A DNA stretch of 64,000 nucleotides from positions 6,510,001-6,574,000 of the forward strand of contig CM069160.1 of NCBI GenBank assembly GCA_035221665.1. Direction: 5' to 3'. This DNA comes from Okamejei kenojei. Taxonomy: Eukaryota. The translations under genes and the position numbers were made by a program. The notes under the pieces are model-generated. The model saw only the letters and a program-made list of their open reading frames with translations. It did no database searches and was not told the origin of the DNA. Positions 26,173 to 37,563 of this stretch are shown piece by piece; position 1 is the first letter of the stretch; each line of letters begins with the position of its first letter.

Positions 26173-26914
26173 ATACGTTTAGAATATGAAAATGATGACG
26201 ATTCAGCGGGATCACTGTTAAAACATTTTTTTTTTCATTTTTCTATTTTTAAAACTGTCCTAGCAATGTTTCATGCTTACTGTTAATATCTGTAAGCTTA
26301 CTTTAAATCATCGCGTTATGAAGCATTTTGAAATTTCATATAGACGGGTTAGAGGAATTCTTTCTTTACCTCCTTTACTTACATGCCTCAATAATCTGTT
26401 AACTTACAGGTGGAGCAATAATATACCAGTAGACTACCAGCTACTCTTTCCATTTTCCTCATCTCTTCTAAAGTACTCTGATTGCAGTCCTCAATCACAC
26501 CTCTGCAAAGTTACATTGTAAATAAGGCCAGTATGATCTATTAATTCATCAATCTTGTTAATGGAATGTATGGCAGGATTTAATACAAATCCCTCGGTTT
26601 TGATTTTGCACCACTTTTCGCTGTTTTGGATCTCATTGCAGATTTATGTTTTTTACACAGTCCCTTCCATACACACTGGTTTGTCATACCCATTTTTTGC
26701 TCCTTTGCACAATTGGTTTTTCCTCTACCTTTCTAAATGTCACTCACCACACTCTTTATCCCTGTTAAAATTATATTAAAACTAAGTTATAATTACGATA
26801 TGATACGATGAACTTTATTTATCCCAGGAGGGAAATTAATTACGCAGAGAAGGATGACGATTGATGAAAAATTAATAGATTTACAGAAAGCTTACAAAAA
26901 ATAATCAGATTTAC

Positions 26915-27044
26915 CTCTGCCATTCAATGAATTTTCAAAGACGTCGGGAAAATTTTTGGTGTGGTGATTATACAGGGCAAAAGGTTATGGAAAATAATAG
27001 AAGAGACAAGTACATCCTTAGGATTCCGTGCATACATAAATAAC
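26915..27044 (-). CDS. Sulfotransferase 3'-PB exon, frameshifted as assembled
   Basis: ttcttacag|VIYV/ARNPKDVLVS..YFHN...NGR-|gtaaat; 130 nt vs the usual 127. Confidence 0.8.
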
Positions 27045-28929
27045 CTGTAAGAACCAGAACATGATACAGAATATGAAAGGCAGAACTAAAAATTGTTACA
27101 AAAAACATTAAAGATGACAGACGCAAGAATTAAATTATGTGCAAATGATTTTGGATAGATCTTATTTAATTATTACTCATGTGCAAATCAAATAATGGAC
27201 ACTGACTGTTATGGTTATTATTCATATGAGCAAATCAATATATAGTTGCAAATTACCACAATGACAAACTGCACTTTGTTCTATCCAATTTCAACATGCT
27301 TCACAGAGGACAGAGTTTTACAGCATGGAAAAACTGACCCCCCGGTCGTTCGGCCCCAATAAGGTCCATGTCCGACCGGAGGGCACCCATCTGTATTATT
27401 GTAACTTTTCCACTCGGTTCTGTCGTTTCAATCAGTGATTTAATGTTCACCCTAAACACAGCATAAATGTTTAAAAATGTTTAAAATGAATGTTTCTTAA
27501 TTTATCAGTATTATATCAAATTTATTTTATTAAGAAAAATGCATAATAGCAAAACTACTGGACTCCAAAGTGCTTCACCTCACTGATTATCAGAATTAAA
27601 TGCATATGCCATTTCTCAGCCATTCACCAGATTTGATATCGTCCTCACTGTCAAGGACATCATTGTCTTAGTTGGTATATGCGAAGTCTTACTGATCACG
27701 CACTTAATCCACATTCAATGATTCTTATATATTGAAAACAGCCAAGATGCCAGAATTGAATAATGTGCAATATATTCGTCAATGGCATCCAATCACAAAA
27801 TGAATCTTCTTCCATCACCATCATGGTTCTATATTTCTGAGAATAAAACAAATATTTTTTCTTTCCTTTATCACTTTCACCAATTTCCTCATGAATTCAA
27901 ACATCCTTCTATTCTCCATACCAGGTTTTGAACCTAATACTATCTCTCTATGNNNNNNNNNNNNNNNNNNNNNNNNNNNNNNNNNNNNNNNNNNNNNNNN
28001 NNNNNNNNNNNNNNNNNNNNNNNNNNNNNNNNNNNNNNNNNNNNNNNNNNNNNNNNNNNNNNNNNNNNNNNNNNNNNNNNNNNNNNNNNNNNNNNNNNNN
28101 NNNNNNNNNNNNNNNNNNNNNNNNNNNNNNNNNNNNNNNNNNNNNNNNNNNNNNNNNNNNNNNNNNNNNNNNNNNNNNNNNNNNNNNNNNNNNNNNNNNN
28201 NNNNNNNNNNNNNNNNNNNNNNNNNNNNNNNNNNNNNNNNNNNNNNNNNNNNNNNNNNNNNNNNNNNNNNNNNNNNNNNNNNNNNNNNNNNNNNNNNNNN
28301 NNNNNNNNNNNNNNNNNNNNNNNNNNNNNNNNNNNNNNNNNNNNNNNNNNNNNNNNNNNNNNNNNNNNNNNNNNNNNNNNNNNNNNNNNNNNNNNNNNNN
28401 NNNNNNNNNNNNNNNNNNNNNNNNNNNNNNNNNNNNNNNNNNNNNNNNNNNNAGAATTGGAGCCTGGTCCCCAAGCGTGATAGCTTCATCTAAACGATGT
28501 TACACGCAAAGAGAACGTGTCGAACCGGTAATAATCACCTCCGCTAGGTAAGAACTGAAATAAAGTTTCCCCCGAACAACCTGCCCCCTACCCACATAAA
28601 ACTAACAGAACTTTAACAAAACTTTTAAAACATTACATAATAGTTATTTAATTGTAGTTTCGTAGGGGGAGTTAGAGGACTGCCTAGCCAACACCGGTGA
28701 TAGGAGTTTCATTAGTTCGAAGAAGAAATATCCAGGGAGAAAGAGGCGACGGTGGGACAAGATGTTATTAGAAAACTAAATGAGAAGAGCGTATAATATA
28801 TCAAAAATTAGTGGGAAGCCCGGATTGGTTATCTGTTAAAGATCAATAAATAACTGATAACAATTTAAACCGTGGACAAAGATGAAATAAGCAATAAGCG
28901 AGGGAATAATATAAAAATAACCAATAACC

Positions 28930-31450
28930 ATATAACATTTATCCGCCGACGGAACAGGCACCTCGTCCCTTCCAGTCCGTGCCGACCATTTGTTTTTCCC
29001 CTAGTCCCATCAACCTGCACTCAGACCATACCCCTCCCTCCATTCCCTTTCTTCACGTCCATATACCTATCCACTTTGCTCTTAAATTTAAAATAGATCC
29101 TGCCTCCACCACTTCTGCTGGAAGCTCATTCCACACAAGCCACCACCCTCCGAGTAAAGAAGTTCCCCCTCACGTTACCACCCGAAACTTCTGTCCCTTA
29201 ATTCTCATGTCATGCCCTCTTTGTTTGAATCTTCCCTACCCTCAATGGAAAAACGTATCCACTCAACTCTTCTATCCCTTTCAAACCATTTTAAAAAGAC
29301 CTCAATTCAAGACCCCCCTTAACCTTCTGCGCTCCAAAGAATAAAGACCTAACTTGTTCAACCTTTCTCTGTAACATAGTGCTGAACCCTGGCAACATTC
29401 TAGTAAATCTCCTCTGTACTCTCTCTTTTGTTTGACCACCTTCCTATAACAAGGCGACCAAAATTGTACACCATACTCCAGAATTGATCGTACCAATGCC
29501 ATTTGTACAATTTTAAAATGACTTCCCTACCTCTATATTCAATGCTCTGATTTATAAAGGCCAGCACATACCAAACTTTCTTACCACCCTATTCTACATC
29601 GATTACACCTCCAGAACTAGCACAGTTATCCTAGATCCCTCTGTTCCACAGCATTCCTTTCCTCAATTCCCTACCATTTTCCATGTACGTCCTATTTTAT
29701 TTGTCCTGCCAAATGTAGCACTACACACTTCTCAGCATTAAACTCCATCTGCCATCTTTCAGCCCACTATGTCCAAATGGCCCAAATCACTCTGTAGACT
29801 TTGAAATCTACTTCTATATCCATCAACACCACCTATCTTAATCATCTGCATACTTACTTATCATTTTCCCACCCCATCATCCAGATCATTGATGTTCATG
29901 ACAAACACAGTGGACCCAACACAGACCCTGAGGCACCCCACTGGTCACCGCTTCCAACCTGACAAACAGCCCTACACCATTACTCACTGACATCTCCATT
30001 CAGCACTGTTGAATCCATCTTGCTACTACTCCGCCATTAACACCAAAGATGAAACTTCCCTTACCCAAACTCATGGGGAACCTTGTCAAAGGCCTCAACC
30101 TGAAATCCATAAGAAAACATCCACTGCTTTACCCTTCATCAATTTTTCCCTAGTTTACCACTTCAAAAAAGTCAAGAAGGTTTGTCAAACATGACTTCCA
30201 GAACAAATCCATGTTCCTGTTCCTGATCAACCCTGTATTTATCCAATGTTTTTTAATATATTTCTCTAAGTATCCTTTCCATTAATTTGCCCACACTGAC
30301 GTCCAAACTAATAGGTCTATAATTTTGGCTAGGTTTTATTCTTTGAACCCTTTTTAAAACAAGAACAACATGCGCAGCTAACGCCAATCCTCCGGCCACT
30401 ATTCCCGATTCTATCTAATGACATTTGAAATATTTCCTGTCATACTCCTGCTATTTCTACACTAACTTCCCTCAATGTTCCTAGGAATATCCTGTCAGGA
30501 CCTGGAGACTAATCCCACTTTTATATTTTTCAAAAGTGTCAGTACTTTCCTGCCTCTTTTGATGCACATAGTTTCCATACTACTCCTACTCTACTTTTTC
30601 CCCTTAACTTTCAACAAGTTCAATATCCTTCTCCTTGGTGAATACCGAAGAAAAAAATTGTTTGGAATATCCCCCCATCTCTTTTGTTTGGCTCTGCAGA
30701 TAGCAGTCCATTCTGGTTCTCTATGTCCAATTTAATCCCTCGTTTATCCTTTTGCTATTAATATAGCTGTTAGAAAACCCTTTGGATTTACTTTCACATT
30801 CCTTGCCAAAGCAACCTCATATCTTCTTTTCCTTCCCTAATTTTATTTCTTAAGATTCTTTTTACATTCGTTAATTACTCCTCGTACATCTCCTTTACTC
30901 CATGCCTTCCTAAATTATTTAATATCTCTCTTTTTTTTTCGAAACAAGTGTCCAATTTCCCTTGTAAACCATGTGCTCTTTCCAATTTTTACTATTTCCG
31001 TTCAAACCTAACAGGGACATAAAATATTCTTACTCTTACAATTTCCCCTTTAAATGGTCTCTCATTTTTCTCTTCTACATCCTTCCCATGAAACAAAGTG
31101 TCCCAATCACCCTTTAAAATCATTAAGCATTCACCCTCAAAAGTTACAATTCTCAACATAAATCTCCACCCTATGTCCAGTTTCTGACTCTCTCCCTAAT
31201 TATATTGAATCTAATGGATTGTGATCACTGTCCGAAGTGCTCACCAACGCATACGCGCCTCACCTGACCTGCCTCATTTCCTAACAGGAGGTCCAGCACT
31301 GCCCTTCTCTGGTCCGATACCTCTATGTACTTGCTGCAAAAAACCATCCTGCCACATTTTACAAACTCCAAACCATCCAGCCCCATTTACAGAATGTGTT
31401 TCCCATCTATTTTCGGAAAATTGAAATCTCCCACAAATCTCCCACAAAAT
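28930..31450 (-). mobile_element. Long degenerate CR1-type LINE fragment
   Basis: ALVRSILEYGVQFWSPCYRK, GVPQGLCW-like RT motif, many indels. Confidence 0.8.
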
Positions 31451-32214
31451 AAGGATAACAAAATTTATTCACTTATATAAAGTGTCAGGAAAGGCAAAAG
31501 TGCACGTTGAAACAGCTTGGAAAAATGATGCGGAGAATTGATAATGGGGAAAAATGGATATGACACTGGACTTGAATAACATTTTCACAGTCCTTCAGAG
31601 TGGAAAACACCTGAACGTGCCTGAAATTCTACCCAGTTCTTGGGGTCGAAGTTAGAGTGGACTGCAATACAAGGGAGGGGAAGGGGGTGCTAGGAAGCTG
31701 AAATGGTTGAAGGAGGATAGGTTAAACTGGACCCAGAAGGGCTAATCCTAAGGTTCTGAAGACAGGTCGCTTTAGAGATAGTGGAGGCGTTGATGGTGAT
31801 ATTTTCAAGAATTAACGGCAGGAGTGGTACAGATGGGGAAATGGTACAATGTAACGCCGCTGCACAAGAAGGGAGCAAAAGCAGAATTGTGGAAATGACG
31901 GCCGGTGCATACCTTGTGAGAGATTGATTCGCACACCCATCTTCATTCCTGTGATTAATGTCGAAGGCCTCAGTCTGAAACGTTTACCGTGTTTCTCTCG
32001 CCAAAGATGGACAATAAGGTGATCTACAGTGGGATCTTGATCACTGGACACTGGGCCAAGGAATGGCAGTAGAGTTTAATTGCAATAAACACAAGGTGTA
32101 GCAAGGTGTCGGACAGGACATACCTAACACTGGAGCGGTGGGGGGATGTTGTGATACTGAGAGCCTGGGGGGAAGGGCAAATAGTTTCCACGAAGTGGCG
32201 ACACAGATTGACAG

Positions 32215-32590
32215 GGTCCTGTGTGTCAGTCTGTGTGTCACGGTCTGTGTCAGGGTCTGTGTGTCAGGGTCTGTGCAGGAACTGTGTCAGGGTCGTTGTG
32301 TCAGGTCTGTGTGTCTAGGGTCTGATGTGACAGGGTCGGTGTCGGGGTCTGTGTGTCAGGGTCTGTGTGGTCAAGGGTCTGTGTGCCAGTGTGTGTTGTG
32401 TCATGGTCAGTGTGTCCAGGGCTGTGTCAGGGTCCTGTGGTGTCATGATCTGTTGTCAGGGTATGTGTCAGGGTCCTGGCGCCAGTGTCTGTGGTCAAGG
32501 TCTGTGTGTCAGGGTTGGATGTGTCAGGGTCTCTGTTCCAGTCCTGTGTGTCAGGTCTGTTGTGTCAGGGTCTTGTGTGTCAGGGTCGGG
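32215..32590 (+). repeat. Minisatellite, ~14-16 bp unit TGTGTCAGGGTC
   Basis: About 25 degenerate tandem copies. Confidence 0.85.
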
Positions 32591-32614
32591 GGTCGTGCCC
32601 CACCTCCCTCTCAG

Positions 32615-33128
32615 CCGCGTTACAACTGTCGTTTCATGAGCAAACCTGCTGCGCTCTACTCTACCCCTCCGGCAACCGGGACTCGGCCGGCAGCTGTGCG
32701 ACTGCTTGGACAGACTGGATATTTGTTGATCAGCTTCACGGGGTCCTCTGCGCGGAGACCGTGACTCACGGCGGCAGGACTGTGAGTCTATCTCATTTAA
32801 GTCAGCATCTGGATTTCCTTCCTACACCTGTAAACGGGGATGGTGTGAGTCTGTGCTCGTCAGGTGACAGAAGGAACGGGTGAGAGGGACCGTATTCCTG
32901 ACCCAGTGACACGAGGCTGTGACTTTGTTCCCTGTGTTCCGGATCTGTTCCCTGGTCTGTATTCCCCACCCGGGACACGCGCTTGGATGTTTCTCACGCT
33001 TCCCTTTGGCCGGGCGGCCCGAGTTCACGATGATGAACTGGATCCGTGCCGGTTCCGAGCTGAATGGCGGAGCTTGTGGGAAGCTGCTCCGGCGGCCAGG
33101 AGAGGATTGCACTGAGGGACTGTGGACG
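32615..33128 (+). pseudogene. Two probable RNI-type leucine-rich-repeat exons (NLR-like), frameshifted
   Basis: ccctctcag|32615-32781|gtgagt (167 nt): YNCRF/HEQTCCALL..SGNR...VDQLHGVLC; ~32970-33128|gtgacc: TRLDVSHASLWPGG...ELVGSC...RIALRDCG. Confidence 0.4.
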
Positions 33129-34855
33129 GTGACCGGGGGAATCCCGGAGTGTAACAGTATCGTGCTGACACCAGCACTCTAGCACCACGGTTTTTATAAT
33201 CCTCAGAATCATAGAGTCATGCAGCGTGAAAACAAGCCCTTTGACCCAACTTGCCCACGCCGACCAACATGTGCCCCATCTACACTAACTCACTCACCTG
33301 CTGGAGTTTGGGCCATATCCCCCTCTAACTCTGTCCGGTACATGTACCTGTCTAAATGTTCTCAAAAGTCGTGATAGGACCTTGCCCCAACTACCTCCTT
33401 CCCGCAGCAAAACCAGCCTCCTACCCGCAGGACCCATCCTAATCCAGCCTCTCCCCCGATAGCTCAACCGTCCTGACCACGTACATCTTAGTAGACATTG
33501 TTTGCCTCTTTACCCGTTTCAATGACAGGACACAGGTACAGCACAGAGTTCACAAATACGGCCCTTACCTAGCGCTGTGAGTGAATGGCGTAGTTAGATT
33601 TGATCTGGGCCGAATGGCCTGCTTTCCGCTCCAATCACTTATGAACATGACTTCGACTCCTGTACTCAACACCTTTCCCTGACGAAGGAAGCGTGTCACA
33701 CCGCCTCCCTTCAGCGCCCTGTCAACCTGTTCGCAACCTTCATGGAACTTAATGGTCCCTTCCCCCCCCCAGGTCTCTCATCCCACAACATTCCCCACAT
33801 CTCCAGCACTTTACGCGTAATTCCTGTCCCTCCTCCCTCGCTACACCTTGTGTATATAATTGTAATTAAATTCCACCTGCCATTTTTTTTCTATTGTCCT
33901 AGTGAACAATGATCCCATTGTAAACACTTTCACACTAACCATATACACAAAAAGCTGCTGTAACTCAGCGGGACATGAGGCATCTCCGGAGACGTGGGGA
34001 AAGGAATGATTGACGTTTCCGGTGATTGCCCTTCTTCAGATAAGGAAACAAGTGATTTCGTTCCATCTCTCACCCCCCACCAGTCCTCATCCCAACCTCC
34101 CCCTCCCTCACACCGTCATTGTCTTCACCCTCTGCTCTCCCCCTCCCTGTCCCCACCCCTCCCCCCAAACCCCACACATCCCATTCTTTGTTGCAGCACC
34201 TCATTTCCTAATCTGACACCATTCAGAAATAATCCTGCCTTCTGTTCTTGCCACAAAACGGATAACATCACATAATCCACATTAAAACTGCATTTGCCTG
34301 CATCTGCCCCTCACCCAACCTATCCAATTCACCCTACAGCTCTCATAGCATCCTCCTCACAACTCCACTGCACCCCCAGCTTTGTCTCATCCACAAACAT
34401 GGAGATGGCTGCATTTAAACCCCTCGTCTAAATGGTTAATATATATTGTAAATAACAATATATTGTCCTCTGTTCCAAACCACATTGGCGCCTCCATAAC
34501 TCTTTCTCTACTACAATCAACACTGCATCGGGGCGACATCCCTGCAACCCGTGCAGAACTCATTATTTAAAGTAACTTCATCATGTTCCTGTAGTTCGCT
34601 CTCTGCTTCCACACAGACCACTCCCGTCTGCAATATCTCCTTTCACACTCATCCGCTTCCCACCCAGATCACCCCTCCCCAGGTACCTCCCCCTGCAACC
34701 CGCCCTGTTGTGCCCTGACTATGTCCTTCAGCTCTTCTTAAATAAGGAAACAACAATACCGCCTCCATCTCCTGTAGCTCACTCGTATCTAAGGATAATG
34801 CAAATAATTCCGCTTCTGCCAGAGGACCCTGCAATTCCTGCCCAGCTTCCCACAA

Positions 34856-35140
34856 TTTAGTTTTAAGTTTAGAGATACACGTGGAAAAGACCCTTCACCC
34901 ACCGATTCCGCTCAGACCGGCGATCCCCGCTCACTTCACACGTCCCTAAACACTAGGGACAAATTACATTTACACAATGCAATTAGCCAAAACCTATTCG
35001 ACTAAGAGTGAGTGAGAGAAGATCGAAGATATCGGAGAAACCCACTCGTCTTAGGGAAACGTATAAACTCCGTACACATTGAACCGTATCAGATCGAACC
35101 CAGGTCTCTGTACGATAGTACTCTAACGATGCGCCACTCC
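34856..35140 (-). mobile_element. tRNA-derived SINE, degenerate
   Basis: Reverse of the tail tatctctaaact and of the B-box GGTTCGATC. Confidence 0.65.
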
Positions 35141-35459
35141 AGATTACAAGAGATCATGTGAAGTGAACCCCTTTAGGTAATTAACCACCTTAAAATGTCA
35201 ATACAAATAAAACTGCAAAGTGCTTGAGTATCTCATCGGATCAGGCAGTATCACCGGTGAATATGGACTTTAAAACGTTCGAGTCAATACCCTCTTCAGA
35301 CAACATCGATAGATGACGTTTGGTTGAGATCATTCTTCTTCACTCCAGAAATCTGCCTGACATGCCAGTATACTCCTCTACCCTTATTCCCACTTGTGTA
35401 ATAACCAACCACATCTACAGTTCTTTGTTTCTACAGCACCGATTCTTTTTATTATGTGG

Positions 35460-35612
35460 ATTCATTCCAAGAAATGGCTGTTCATTTCCTGAAATTGGCT
35501 GCGGCCCAATCAGCGCGGGTTGCGGGACGAAAGGGCGGGCGAGCGGAGCAGAGTGAATGCGCATGCGCCCGGACTCGCAAACCCACAACTACCTGGACAG
35601 TCGGGGGCGACG
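35460..35612 (+). promoter_or_regulatory. CpG-rich proximal promoter of the MHC class I gene
   Basis: GAS-type TTCCAAGAA 35465-35473, ATTGG 35494-35498, CCAAT 35506-35510, GGGCGG 35533-35538, NRF1-type TGCGCATGCGC 35558-35568. Confidence 0.65.
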
Positions 35613-35679
35613 ATGCTGTGCCCGCTGCTGCTGCCGCTGATGCTTCTACCCGCCCTCCTGGCTGGAGCCCAGGTTGCAG
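35613..35679 (+). CDS. MHC class I exon 1, signal peptide
   Basis: GACGATGC start; MLCPLLLPLMLLPALLAGAQVA-G|gtgggt, phase 1 matching exon 2. Confidence 0.82.
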
Positions 35680-37529
35680 GTGGGTGAGGGGCAGTGATGG
35701 GTCGGCAACCCAGTCCCCGACAGTGGGTGAGGGTCAATATCGGGCTGGGCACCTTGTTCCGGCCAGGGGATGAGGAGGTCAGTGGGCAGATGGACACAGG
35801 GTTCACCAGTCAGTGGGTGAGGGTCAGTGTCAGGCTGGGCTCAGCATAATAAACCCTGGTACATTGAAACAGGACGATCAGGAGGGTAAATAAGGGAGAT
35901 GAGAGATTTGGCAGATAAATTAACGGAGTATCCTGAGAGTTTCTACAAGTATGTGAAGAGCAACATTGTAATTATTGAGAGATTAGAATCCGTGCAGAAT
36001 GAATATGTTGGTCTATGTGTGAATCCTCAGGAGATTGGTGAGGTTGCATCTGTGTTTACAGCACAGTAGGTCATAGAAGCCAGGAATTTCAGGAATGAAC
36101 AGCCATGTCTTGGAATTAATCTACATTCTAAAATAGGCGGTGCTGCTGGTCTGACGGCATATTAAGTAGTAGAAAAAAAGAACTGTAGATGCTGGTTGGT
36201 TATTACACCAGAGGGCATAAAGAGCTGGAGTAACTCGGCAGGTCAGGCAGCATTTCTGGAGAGTCTGAAGAATGATCTCAGCCCAAAAAGTCACATATTG
36301 ATGGAATGGAAACTCTCATCTTCGGAGCAGATGAGGTGGAGGCAGAGAAATGGGGAGTAGGGAATAGTGTATTTGCAAACGTCAGGGTGTAGTGGAGATA
36401 ACTGTGTGAGTCGGTAGGTTTGCAGCAGATATCAGTCAATAGTCTGTCCCCAGTGTTTGAGACAGAGATATCACGAGAGCGGAGAGCGGCATCAGAGAAT
36501 GTCCAGGTGAATGTGAGGGCAGCGTGGATTAGTGATGAAGTTAATTAAATCAATGAGTTTTGCACGGGTGCAGGAGGGAGCCTCGATGCAGTCGTTGATG
36601 TAGCGGAGAAAGAGTTGTGGGTGGTGCCATTGTATGTTTGGAAAAAAAACAAAATATTGTTATTTACAATATTTCATAAGGATTTCGATGAGTAAATTAA
36701 ATGTAACATCTCCAAGTTTGTGGATGACACAAAGCTGGGTGGCAGTGTGTGCTGCGAGGAGGATGCTATGAGGCTGCAGGGTGACTTGGATAGGTTGGGT
36801 GAGTGGGCAGGTGCTTGGTAGATGCTGTATAATGTGGATAAATGTGAGGTTATCTACTTTGGTGGCAAGAACTGGAAACCAGATTACGTCTGAATGTTGT
36901 CAGATTAGGAAAAGAGGAGGTGCAACGAGACCTGGGTGGCCTTGTACATCAATCACAGAATGTAAGCATGCAGGTACAGCCGCCAGTGAAGAATTTGGCC
37001 TTCATTGCAAGAGGATTTAAGTTTTGGAGCATTGAGGCCCTACTCAGTTGTACAGGGCCCTGATGAGACCACACCTGGAGTATTGTTTGCAACCTTGGTC
37101 TCTTAATTTGAGGAAATACATTCTTTCTATTGAGGGAGTGCCGTGTAGGTTCACCAGGTTAATTCCCGGGATGGCGGGGCTGACATATGTTGAAAGAATT
37201 GGTCGACTGGGCCTATATTCACTGGAATTTAGAAGGATGAGAGGGTATCATAGAAACATATACATTCTTAAAGGATTGAGCAGGATAGATTCAGGAACAA
37301 TGTTCCTGCTGTTGTGGGAATACAGAACCAGGGGCCACAGATTAAGAAGGAACTTTTTCGGAGGGGGGAGGAGTAAATTGGAGGAACAGCACCTCATATT
37401 TCGCTTGGGCAGTTTGCACCCCAACAGTATGAACACTGACTTCTCTAATTTCAGGTAGTCCTTACTGCCTCGTCCCCTGTTCAGCTCTCCCTCAGCCCTC
37501 TGGCTCCACCTCTTCTTTTCTTCTCTCCG

Positions 37530-37563
<34 letters not shown>

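Larger units (their letters stand above)
8706..27044 (-). pseudogene. Cytosolic sulfotransferase (amine-sulfotransferase/SULT3-like), 3' four coding exons; disrupted as assembled (pseudogene or consensus errors)
   Basis: Exons 27044-26915, 24576-24482, 20868-20697 and 8821-8706 carry RNPKD, TYEEMK|DL and RKG..GDWKN.FT at conserved SULT intron phases; 5' exons not seen. Confidence 0.85.

Noticed and set aside
32600-32760. CARD-like reading on the - strand (LINK/IQSVQAVAQL)
   Set aside because: Several stops; splice signals and the LRR pattern fit the + strand better
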